Assembly: GCA_027923505.1 (NCBI GenBank)
Contig: BROI01000021.1
Location: 62,001-126,000, forward strand
Source: Mayamaea pseudoterrestris
Lineage: Eukaryota
Direction: 5' to 3'
Length of the DNA stretch: 64,000 bases
The notes under the pieces are model-generated. The model had not been told where the DNA came from. It searched no databases and saw only the letters and a program-made list of their open reading frames with translations. Shown piece by piece: positions 1 to 9,060 of this stretch. Position numbers and translations under genes: made by a program. The number at the start of each line of letters is the position of its first letter. Position 1 is the stretch's first letter.

Positions 1-995
1 AAATCTTTTGCGTTTATGGAATGTGCGGATGATTTCACTGCCCGGTAGGATGGTATTGACCAAAACGTAGCTGGTTCCGTCAGATCGGGAAAGCACTCAT
101 GGAATACCATGTAACGCAGCTGCATGTATAGACCCTTCCATGCAGCTGCACAGAATAGTGGATTCAAATGTGGAAGTATTCCAGTGTAGCGTGTTCTGCC
201 GGTAAAGTTCTTGCTGCGGTTGCTTTGGATCATCTGCACCATCATTCCGCTTGACCCGACAGCATGTATGTGCGAAACAAACACATGACGCAACAATTGC
301 CGATAACAGTCTTCCCCTCGTCCAAGGACCGCAATTAGCTCAGTGAACGATGCACCCATCATGGCAAGCAAAAGTGGACTTTTGTTGTACATTTTCGGCT
401 GCCGAGGGGTGACAAGCATGCATGACACAAGAAGCTGCTCCATTTGATCCAGTGAAATAAACCGATTAATGTCGGCCATCAAGTCAAGCATCCCTTCTTC
501 AGCGCGGTAACCCTTTTGCAATGACACGGCCTTACAGAATGCCTTTACTGGCTCCAGTTTGCCGACAGAGGCAGAAATATTGCCTTGGTATGACGCTTGA
601 ACTTCTAGCATGCGGACAGTGAATTCACAGCGAAGATGGTGGTTTATCCATGTTTTTGCTCGGGTCATTGTGTCGTCTGATACATCAGGAAGGCTGGAAA
701 GGTATCGGAAGAAGTCGATGACAAGGGTTGTGTTGAACTTGTGTACATCCCTGGAGTCGGTGACATTGACCAAGACAGATTCGCCATGAATAGTATCAAG
801 GAAGTGATACAAATGGAGGCCGTACTTGGTCTGACATGGAGGAAGTCCCCGTTCTTTGCAAAATTGTATCCAGCGTTCAATCGTCTGTCGACTCTTTTTC
901 TCGCTTTCGTTCGAGGGAAACGCAACAGCCTGGCCGGCATACAGATTCTTGAATTCAAAGCTTGCCTTCAGAGCGTCGTGATCATTGCTCGTCTC
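1..995 (-). pseudogene. Crypton/Ndc10-like tyrosine recombinase ORF, main part; interrupted by the copia insertion and open off the left window edge
   Basis: Manual minus-strand translation is stop-free from 995 to 1: ...SNDHDALKASF...ERWIQFCKERG...LIAVLGRGEDCYRQ...SKNFTGRTRYTGILPHLNPLFCAAAWKGLYMQLRYMVFHECFPDL...W. This matches the recalled Crypton/Ndc10 domain-II pattern (RGE...K.N..GR..Y....H.NP..C......Y...R....E.FPD). The ORF track misses it because there is no stop inside the window. Confidence 0.7.
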
Positions 996-1297
996 AGTCG
1001 AAACAATTAAGGTTCAGGCCCTGCCAGTGTCCGTTTGTTTCGGTTGATCCTCATGGCTGGATATCTGTTAATATCCAGTATCTGTGAATACTCAAGTTAC
1101 TTAAGCTACAGAAGCAAGCCGACGTTACCAACACGTCGGCAACGGTCCCCTTAAAGTAGCGGTAACAACTAAATCAAATCATTCTATTGCAAAGTACACG
1201 CAATCGTCTCGTTCCCCTTCTTCTTACCAAGCTAGTAGACTGATCATCTCCTACTTGACCAAGTCCTCAAGGTAACTCGACACAAGTTGCATTGATA
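996..1297 (+). repeat. copia 5' LTR (302 bp, AGTCG...TGATA)
   Basis: Identical by eye to 12309-12610. Confidence 0.95.
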
Positions 1298-1310
1298 GGT
1301 TATTCGTCCC
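1298..1310 (+). promoter_or_regulatory. Putative copia primer-binding site GGTTATTCGTCCC
   Basis: Immediately 3' of the 5' LTR. GGTTAT matches the start of the half-tRNA-iMet (anticodon-arm) type PBS of copia/Ty5-like elements, but only partially. Confidence 0.55.
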
Positions 1311-1363
1311 AATCACGCGCCCTACTGCCGCTACAAAATCTCGTTCTAGACCCCGAGAAAAGC

Positions 1364-3726
1364 ATGTCTACCGACAACAACAACGACACCGACACGGAGC
1401 AGTACTTCGACACTCCTCCTCCTAAACCCCGAGCTGGCTCTCCAACATCTGCTGCAGCTGATCTTGCCACGCTCATCACAGCTCTCAAGTCGATTCCATC
1501 CGACCAGCTTAAGATCCTCCTCCAAGCCGTCCAACCGACCGACGCGTCGTCGCCTGGAGACTCTCCTCCCAAGGATGAAACCTCTATTCCAACGGCCAAC
1601 GAATATGTTTCCCTCATTGGTGGTTACCTCGATGCCGAGCGCAAGATTGCCTTCTGTGGAGGCAAGCCGAATCTTGACTACACGCTCCCCCAAGTGCTCG
1701 AGGACGATCCGCTCGCCAAGCACATCCCCAAGACGCCAGCTTGCCACCGCGACCTCACCATGAAGCGTGCTGCTCAAGACTACGCCATTCGCATTGCTTT
1801 CAAGCCTTCAATTGGCAAGTTAGAGAAGGCCATGCCGATGTTCGCGTGGGGCGAGCTCATCCTTCGTGCGCTTGAAACGACTGGTGGCGATTCTGTCACT
1901 TACTCGCTGTCGAGAGACAACAAGACGCGCGTTAGTGTTTGTACCAACTTTGATGTACTCACGCTCGCTCACGTTATCGCTCAAAGCAAGAAGGATGTCG
2001 CCAATTGGCGTCCAATGGACCACGAGAACAGCTCGATGGCGATCGAGTTCGTGTTGAATCACTTGAGCACGGCGATCCAACAGATTGTCGAGCCTCGCCG
2101 AAAGGAAGATGATACCTTCGCCATCTTCTTTATGCGCATCGCTCAAGCCAACGCTGATCTCTCATACGAAGCTGCCGACAAGATGAAGGCAGAGCTCCGT
2201 GCTTACAAATTGACCGACGTTTCCTACCAAGACGTTCACCATTTTGGTGCCAAGTTCCTCAACACTGAGCGCCAGCTTCACAATGGCAAACGCTGGGATC
2301 ATGCGCTTGGATTGATCTTCATTAGAGAGCTCTCCAAGTGTCCATCGGAAGTTATGCGTGTAACGTTCATTGGCATTGGAGAACGGTACGACACTGCTCT
2401 TCGTGAAATCAATCCCCTCTCCTACGACGAGCAGCGCTCTCGCATGTTCAGTTTAAACGTTCATATCTCCCAGTTGGTTGAACGCGCTGACGATCTTTAC
2501 GCTCAGATCAAAGCAGTTGATGGAGGATGGCCTCCGCTTGTCAATATTGTCGACAAGAAAGCGCCCGATATCAACTCGTTGACGAAACTCAGCCACGCCG
2601 AGCAAGCTGCTCTCATCTCAAGCGGCCAAGTTGACATCAACAACCTCGTTCAATCCAAGGTCAAAGAACTTCGTACCAAGGACAAGAAGCAGTTGGAAGC
2701 TTACAAGAAGCGCTTCGCCAAGCAGTCGCCAACTGGCGACACCAAGGCTCCAAACACGACTCCTTCTAGCGATTCCTCCAAGACGACGGCCGCCGAAAAG
2801 CGAGCCGAACGCCCTCTTCCAGCATGGCGCACAAAGCCGCCTGCTGCAAACAATAAAGACGAAGTCAAGGAGGTTGGCAAGTACAAGTTCCAGTGGTGCG
2901 ACAAGTGCTCCAAGTGGGTGTGGAATCATACGTCTGTAGCAGGTATGCAACAGAAAGTAGTATCACTATGCCGTTAAAAGTAGCGCACCTCGGAATCGAA
3001 CCAAGGATAACCGGCTATATCACCTCTAAACACGCTGCTACTTTTCCGTCTGCTAGTGTACTATATGCTGCATACAAGGCACCATGCACTATGACAAGTA
3101 AAGGTATCGCTCTGGTTGCTGTTTTTCGTGTGCAACCTGCTACTCCCCTAGCTTTGCGCGTCATAGTGCTAACTCGTCTTCCGTTTCAGCTGGCATTTTC
3201 GTCTCGCGGGGGAATGTCACTTTTCAGTTTTTCCTGCGGCGTTTCGGGCTCGGCGCATCTTTGTGCACTCCCCAGGGTCCGCGACTCCCCATCGTTCGTT
3301 CGTGACAAACCCGTGCAACCAGTGAATTTTTGCTTTTTCTTCGCTTGATTCGATCGCAACTCGAACCAGCAGCCTCAGTCCAGATCTCTCGATAGGGACG
3401 CTACCATAGCAGGTATGCAACAGAAAGTAGTATCACTATGCCGTTAAAAGTAGCGCACCTCGGAATCGAACCAAGGATAACCGGCTATATCACCTCTAAA
3501 CACGCTGCTACTTTTCCGTCTGCTAGTGTACTATATGCTGCATACAAGGCACCATGCACTATGACAAGTAAAGGTATCGCTCTGGTTGCTGTTTTTCGTG
3601 TGCAACCTGCTATCTGCAACTCACAAATCCAAGTCGCCCGAGGCAAACAACTTCATCCTTGCCGACTCCGCCAACGTGTTTGAAGAATTCACCGACTACG
3701 CTCCCTTCGCTGACAGTCAGGAATGA
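1364..3726 (+). CDS. gag: copia Gag, interrupted at 2937-3616 by the TRIM
   Basis: ATG at 1364. Removing the TRIM plus one TSD copy restores ...WCDKCSKWVWNHTSATHKSK...DSQE* (TGA 3724-3726), with a basic C-terminal region and a zinc-knuckle-like motif. Confidence 0.8.
2937..3142 (-). repeat. TRIM 3' LTR (206 bp)
   Basis: Identical by eye to 3407-3612; terminal inverted repeat TAGCAGGT...ACCTGCTA. Confidence 0.92.
2976..3039 (-). ncRNA. tRNA-like Pol III cassette in the TRIM 3' LTR
   Basis: AGCAGCGTGTTTAGAGGTGATATAGCCGGTTATCCTTGGTTCGATTCCGAGGTGCGCTACTTTT: perfect B box GGTTCGATTCC in a T-arm hairpin, A-box-like TGTTTAGAGG, paired ends, T4 tail, no anticodon arm. Confidence 0.6.
3143..3149 (-). 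promoter_or_regulatory. TRIM polypurine tract AGGGGAG
   Basis: Plus-strand CTCCCCT abutting the LTR. Confidence 0.8.
3395..3406 (-). promoter_or_regulatory. TRIM primer-binding site TGGTAGCGTCCC
   Basis: Starts with TGG (anti-CCA) directly after the LTR; first 8 nt are the same as the yeast Ty1 tRNA-iMet PBS. Confidence 0.85.
3407..3612 (-). repeat. TRIM 5' LTR (206 bp)
   Basis: Identical by eye to 2937-3142; followed on the minus strand by the PBS. Confidence 0.92.
3446..3509 (-). ncRNA. tRNA-like Pol III cassette in the TRIM 5' LTR
   Basis: Identical copy of 2976-3039; B box at 3462-3472. Confidence 0.6.
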
Positions 3727-6219
3727 CTTGAATGCGGAAGGACGCCGCCTCTTCTTCTCTTTGTTCAAGCGTTTTGTTTCAAGACTGCCTTCGCCCGGTT
3801 CATCCTCAAGCCCGTCGCCGCCATGCTCCTCTTGGCTGCTCTGAGTATGCTTCCTACCGTTCTACCGGCCGTCCTTGAATCAGTTTGCGCTTGCGCATTG
3901 AGTGGACTTGCGCTCAATCAATGGTTCTGGTCTACGACTCTCGCCAACGCCTCTACGTTTGCCTGCACTGCGCTCAGCTTTTCGCGCGCTCCGCTCGCTC
4001 TTCCAACGTTTCTCCGCTGGTTTTGGTTTGAGTTACTCACGACTACGCTCGAGAGGGAGATGATGTTGCTGTGGATGACAGTTATCCTCGAAGCATTAGC
4101 TCTTTCCTATCACCTTTCTCCGAGTCGCCCGCAACCAACTAGAGACAAGCTCCGTCAAAAACAAAAACACTACGACAAACGCAAGAACTCTACTGACGAA
4201 CGTCAACTTTCCGTCCAATCAAAACGCCGCATTCGCCAACAGAAACGATTGAAAAGAACGCTCCGTGTCCCACTCATCTATAGCTATCACCGTTCCTATC
4301 CAACAAGATTGCGCAGCGACGGCATCTATCGTCAAAGAGTCCATTGCCCTCGTTTCGAGACCCTTCCAGACGCCAAGACTGTTCCCATTGAAGTCATTAA
4401 AGGGTACAATGGCTTGTTTACGACCCTCGTCGAGTCCAAGGCATGCCGATGGATCGACAATCCCATCTCCCAATTTAATTCCCTCGTCGAGTACCCCAGC
4501 CTCATGGATTACCTTGGCGCGCTCGCTCCACTCGAGTTCAACAACGTTACTTTCCAAGCAGACTCTACAGTCAATGACTTTGCCTTCTCTCCAAGCAATG
4601 CTGCACGATCCTCCACGTTCGAAATCATTCACGACAGCGGCGCTTCTGCAACCGTCGCCAATCACTTGGATGACTTCGTCCCTGGTACTTACCGCAAGAG
4701 CACAAAGAAGATCATTGCTAAAGGCCTCGCATCTGGATTGCAAGTAGTCGGCCATGGCATAATTGACTGGACCCTTGATGGCAACGATGGCAAGCCTCTA
4801 CGAGTCCGTTGTCAAGCTCTCTACATACCCGACAGTCCGCGCAAGTTACTGTGTCCCCAACAGTACACTCGATATCACAAGCTACACGATCGCGAGGCAA
4901 ATTTAACGTTTGCTATTAATGGAGAAGGATTCTGGTACTTTGATCTACACAAACAAGGACGCCCGTCCCTTCTTCACGGCTCGCTCGATCCAGTCACCAA
5001 CCTACCGACTTCTACAGCCATTGCAACTCAAGATAGTCCTGAAACCCTTCATGCTGAGTTTAATGCATGTGTAACAGACGCTCGAAACGCCAACTTGTCG
5101 CCCGCGCAAAAGCTCCTTCTTCAATGGCATTTCAAGTGCGGCCACGCCAGCTTCCGCAGCATTCAAAACCTTCTACGCTCTGGTCGCCTCGCTACAAGCG
5201 ATGAGATGCGCAAACTCCATAAAGCAGCAGCCTCCTGTGAGATCCCGCGGTGCGCTGCTTGCGAGTTTGGCAAGGCAAAACGGCGACCCGCGCCCGGAAC
5301 GAGTCGTCAACCAACGCCTCGAGCCGATGGATCGCTCAAGCAAGGAAAGCTTCGACCAGGACAACAAGTCTCCGTTGATCATTACATCTGCAGTCAAAAG
5401 GGACGCCTCTATACGTCTCGCGGCAAAACGTCGACCGACTCAATGTTCAGCGGTGGCGCGCTCTTTGTCGACCACGCAAGTGGATACGTCTTCGTCGACC
5501 ATCAAGTTGTTATGAACACTCATGAAACTCTTCGCTCCAAGTGGAACTTTGAAAAGGTTGCAAGGGATTGCGGCGTTTCAATTGAAAGCTACTTGTCTGA
5601 TAACGCTGCGTGTTTCACCAGTCACGAGTACACTGAGCATCTTTCCAAATTCAAGCAGACGACTGTCTTTGCAGGCGTCGGCGCCCATCATCAAAACGGA
5701 ATAGCAGAACGAAACATTCAAACCATTATGAACATGGCAAGAACGATGCTTATCCATGCTAACATGCATTGGACTGACGTTGATGACATGTCGCTCTGGC
5801 CGATGGCTGTCGACTTCGCAGTTTACATCTTCAATCGAATGCCAAACGTCGCCACTGGCCAAGCTCCCATTGATATCTTCACTGGTACCATCTGGGCAAG
5901 CCACAAGTTCCATCATCTCCACGTTTTTGGATCGCCCGCCTACGTTCTTGATCCTCGCATGCAAGACGGCAAGTCCATTCCTCGTTGGAAAGTGCGCTCA
6001 CGCCGCGGGATCTTTGTCGGCTTCTCCAGCAAGCACTCGGCTACAGTTCCTCTTGTCCTCAACTTGAATACATTAACCATCAGTCCTCAGTATCACGTTA
6101 CGCATGACGATTGGTTTACTACAGTTGACGCTCTTCCTGATTCGCCTCCAATTTCCGGTCGACAGATGGACGAGTCTCTTTGCGACAAGCAAGTACATGT
6201 ATCCGTTCGACGACGATGA
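3727..6219 (+). CDS. pol: copia Pol copy 1: hydrophobic/basic leader, protease, HHCC, integrase; frameshifts near 6155
   Basis: IIHDSGAS (protease); WHFKCGH...CAAC (IN zinc finger); VSVDH, LSDNA and NGIAER (DDE); RSRRGIFVG. Confidence 0.9.
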   Translation, partial: LECGRTPPLLLFVQAFCFKTAFARFILKPVAAMLLLAALSMLPTVLPAVLESVCACALSGLALNQWFWSTTLANASTFACTALSFSRAPLALPTFLRWFWFELLTTTLEREMMLLWMTVILEALALSYHLSPSRPQPTRDKLRQKQKHYDKRKNSTDERQLSVQSKRRIRQQKRLKRTLRVPLIYSYHRSYPTRLRSDGIYRQRVHCPRFETLPDAKTVPIEVIKGYNGLFTTLVESKACRWIDNPISQFNSLVEYPSLMDYLGALAPLEFNNVTFQADSTVNDFAFSPSNAARSSTFEIIHDSGASATVANHLDDFVPGTYRKSTKKIIAKGLASGLQVVGHGIIDWTLDGNDGKPLRVRCQALYIPDSPRKLLCPQQYTRYHKLHDREANLTFAINGEGFWYFDLHKQGRPSLLHGSLDPVTNLPTSTAIATQDSPETLHAEFNACVTDARNANLSPAQKLLLQWHFKCGHASFRSIQNLLRSGRLATSDEMRKLHKAAASCEIPRCAACEFGKAKRRPAPGTSRQPTPRADGSLKQGKLRPGQQVSVDHYICSQKGRLYTSRGKTSTDSMFSGGALFVDHASGYVFVDHQVVMNTHETLRSKWNFEKVARDCGVSIESYLSDNAACFTSHEYTEHLSKFKQTTVFAGVGAHHQNGIAERNIQTIMNMARTMLIHANMHWTDVDDMSLWPMAVDFAVYIFNRMPNVATGQAPIDIFTGTIWASHKFHHLHVFGSPAYVLDPRMQDGKSIPRWKVRSRRGIFVGFSSKHSATVPLVLNLNTLTISPQYHVTHDDWFTTVDALPDSPPISGRQMDESLCDKQVHVSVRRR

Positions 6220-7936
6220 CCCCCTTCCTGCTCTCAATCCTGAGTGGGAGGACAACTTTGATGCCTCAGCTGCTCGCCAAGATGCTATACATGCAGCACA
6301 GACTCCTTCCACCACTCCAGTTTTACCTGCTCCCGCCGCTCCGCCAGCGGTTGCTCCAGTTCCTTCCAATGATTCTCCGCCCGCCCAGGCGTCTCCGCCT
6401 CCGAATCAGAGGGCGACAAGGACTCCTGAAATTCATTAGCCTACAAGAAGCCGCAGAACCAACGCTTCAGAGGAGCAGAGGCGAGCATTTAGATCACATT
6501 GATGGCAATCCTTTGCGCTGCGTCTTACCTACACCGCGTGTCGCAGCCGATGTCACAGTCAATCACAGTCCACCAAACGCATCAAACGAGTCCACGATCC
6601 CGACGACAGCTCCCACGCTCGCACAACAACCACAACAACAAGCAGTGATCCTCCTTTACGACGCTCTGCGTTTACGTGATCGTCCTCCTGAGCCAGTCAT
6701 CACACGAGCTCAGAGACTCCGTCATGCTCGCGAGCAATGATTGAAACCAATATGCTGTTAGCAGAACATGCGCACGCGGAATGCCCTTACTCAATCGGTT
6801 TAACGCCAAAGTGCTACTCGCCTCGCCGAACGATCCCGGCACACTCCGCTACGATGAAGCGCGCGCTGATGACTCTGAAGAGTTCAGGAAAGCCGCAGGA
6901 ATAGAGATCAAGTCGCTCGAAGATCATGACCGTGAGTTCGTCATCCCAAGGACCGAGGTTCCTCAAGGAAAGCAAATCATCCGCGCATGGACCTTTCGCG
7001 CAGCGAAACGCCCGGTGGAGCTAAGAAACACAAGCTCGCTTCTGCGTTGAGAGACCTACAGAAGGCGTATTTGAAACGTTTGCACCAGTCGTTCAATGGA
7101 GCACCGTTCGTGTCCTCTGGTGTTCGCGCTTGGACGTTCGGCTACAAAACCAAATGCATTGATTTCACCAACGCGCTTTCGTTCAAGCAGAACTAAAGGA
7201 TCCAATCTACATTCAATTCCCACGCGGCTTTCAACACAAGGACGGTCATCAATCAAAGCGATTACTGTTTAAAGTTGCTCAGCGTGCTGCAGCGCAGCAA
7301 GATCGCCCCAAAGCTCTTCTCACGAACACTTCGCGACCGGCTCGTCGAGCTTCGGTTTCACTCAAGCTTCTTGTCCCTGTCTCTTCTACCCCGGACAAAT
7401 CTCGCGTTCTTGGCGTTGCATCTGCGTCGCCGTCCGAGAGCTGCAGACTCATCGGCGCCGCTCAAAGTTCCCGCTCACGAAGAAAGCGATTCAATTCTTG
7501 GCATTGATATAAAGCGCTCTGGCAAGTCTTTCCGCTCACTCAAACGGGTTTTGATCGACAGTATCATTCAGCTACTGGAATGGAGGCTGCTAACGAGTCT
7601 TCGCCCGCCAGCGATGCTCGGCAAGCCGCGATTTCCCGGATCATCAAGAGAGCTGCAGCCACATCTCGCTAATCGGCAACTTCTCCATCTGCTGGTATTC
7701 GCCCTACTTGCCTTTGCGGTCAGTCAATGCGCTCGATTCAATCACTGCCCTAAAAGCCACACTTTGCGCCGTTAGCCCTCGCTCCTTCTCATCAAGCTGC
7801 GAACAAGGACTCATCATGGCGCCAAGGTAACCTCACGGTTGCTGTTCGTTGTTTGCCGACTTTGCTGGTTTATATGGAGGAGGAAGACGTGTCAAGTCGT
7901 GTCGCTCGTCGCGTGCCGGACACCTCATCATGCTCG
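6150..7936 (+). pseudogene. Indel-riddled duplicate of the IN-RT linker, RT and start of RNaseH
   Basis: Collinear with ~9985-11843 but has many 1-few-bp indels that increase rightwards. Confidence 0.8.
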
Positions 7937-7938
7937 TT

Positions 7939-8578
7939 TAGCAGGTATATGCAACAGAGTAGTATGCCGTTAAAAGTAGCGCACCTCGAATCGAACCATC
8001 CACGTAAGGATAACCGATATTATATCAATTTAAACACGCTGCTACTTTTCCGTCTGCTAGTGTACTATATGCTGCATACAAGGCACCATGCACTATGACA
8101 AGTAAAGGTATCGTCTGGTTGCTGTTTTCGTGTGCAACCTGCCACTCCCTAGCTTTGCGTCATAGTGCTAACTTCCGTTTCAGCTGGCATTTTCAGCCCT
8201 GTGGGGAATGCTCACTTTTCAGTTTTTCCTGGCGTTTCGTCGGCGTCTTTTGTGCACTCCCCAGGGTCCGCGACTCCCCATCGTTCGTTCGTGACAAACC
8301 CGTGCAACCAGTGAATTTTTGCTTTTCTCTTCGCTTGATTCGATCGCAACTCGAACCAGCAGCCTCAACAGATCTTCTCGAAGGGACGCTACCATAGCAG
8401 GTATGCAACAGAAAGTAGTATCACTATGCCGTTAAAAGTAGCGCACCTCGGAATCCTGAACCAAGGATAACCGGTCATATCACCTCTAAACACGCTAAGT
8501 TTCTTCCAGTTCGCTAGTGTACTATGCTGCATTACAAGGCAACCATGCACAAAGTAAAGGTATCGTGCTGTTGTTTTT
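7939..8578 (-). mobile_element. Second, error-rich copy of the TRIM
   Basis: TAGCAGGT starts at 7939 and 8395; same internal sequence and PBS (GGGACGCTACCA); many indels; no clear TSD. Confidence 0.8.
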
Positions 8579-8584
8579 CACTGT

Positions 8585-9060
8585 AAAAGAGTCCATTGCC
8601 CTCGTTTCGAGACCCTTTCCAGACGCCAAGACTGTTCCCATTGAAGTCATTTCCCTGGTACTTACCGCAAGAGCACAAAGAAGATCATTGCTAAAGGCCT
8701 CGCATCTGGATTGCAAGTGAATGGCCATGGCATAATTGACTGGACCCGATTGGCAACGATGGCAAGCCTCTACGAGTCCGTTGTCAAGCTCTCTACATAC
8801 CCGACAGTCCGCGCGCGTTACTTTCCATACACTCATTCAACTCACCACGACAAATTTAACGTTTGCTATTAATGGAGAAGGATTCTGGTACTTTGATCTA
8901 CACAAACAAGGACGCCCGTCCCTCTTCACGGCTCGACCATCCAGTCACCAACCTACCGACTTCTACAGCCATTGCAACTCAAGATAGTCCTGAAACCCTT
9001 CATGCTGAGTTTAATGCATGTGTAACAGACGCTCGAAACGCCAACTTGTCGCCGCGCATT
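8585..9060 (+). pseudogene. Deleted and scrambled fragments of the protease region
   Basis: Blocks match ~4335-4400, ~4680-4840 and ~4900-5107. Confidence 0.75.

Larger units (their letters stand above)
2937..3612 (-). mobile_element. Non-autonomous TRIM (676 bp), antisense to the copia
   Basis: 206-bp direct repeats at 2937-3142 and 3407-3612; minus-strand PBS TGGTAGCG; PPT AGGGGAG; TSD TCTG at 2933-2936 and 3613-3616; 264-bp internal region with no recognisable coding content. Confidence 0.92.

Noticed and set aside
665..1010. 97-aa and 89-aa ORFs in the track
   Set aside because: Shadow frames of the long minus-strand YR-like ORF.
1151..1161. TTAAAGTAGCG shared between copia and TRIM LTRs
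   Set aside because: About 11 bp and in opposite orientation relative to each element's sense strand; likely chance.
2981..3039. Functional tRNA gene
   Set aside because: Only 59 nt with no anticodon arm; reported as a tRNA-like cassette instead.
3118..3135. GCTGTTTTTCGTGTGC resembles a Mu-end or nanopore rapid-adapter sequence
   Set aside because: Short imperfect match that forms part of the LTR terminal inverted repeat in an element with PBS, PPT and TSD.
3356..3367. Second B-box-like GGTTCGAGTTG in the TRIM internal region (minus strand)
   Set aside because: Imperfect, with no convincing T-stem.
2893..3683. ORFs of 151, 81 and 67 aa within the TRIM (MPLKVAHLGIEP...)
   Set aside because: They are translations of LTR and internal sequence with no recognisable domain, repeated only because the LTR is repeated.
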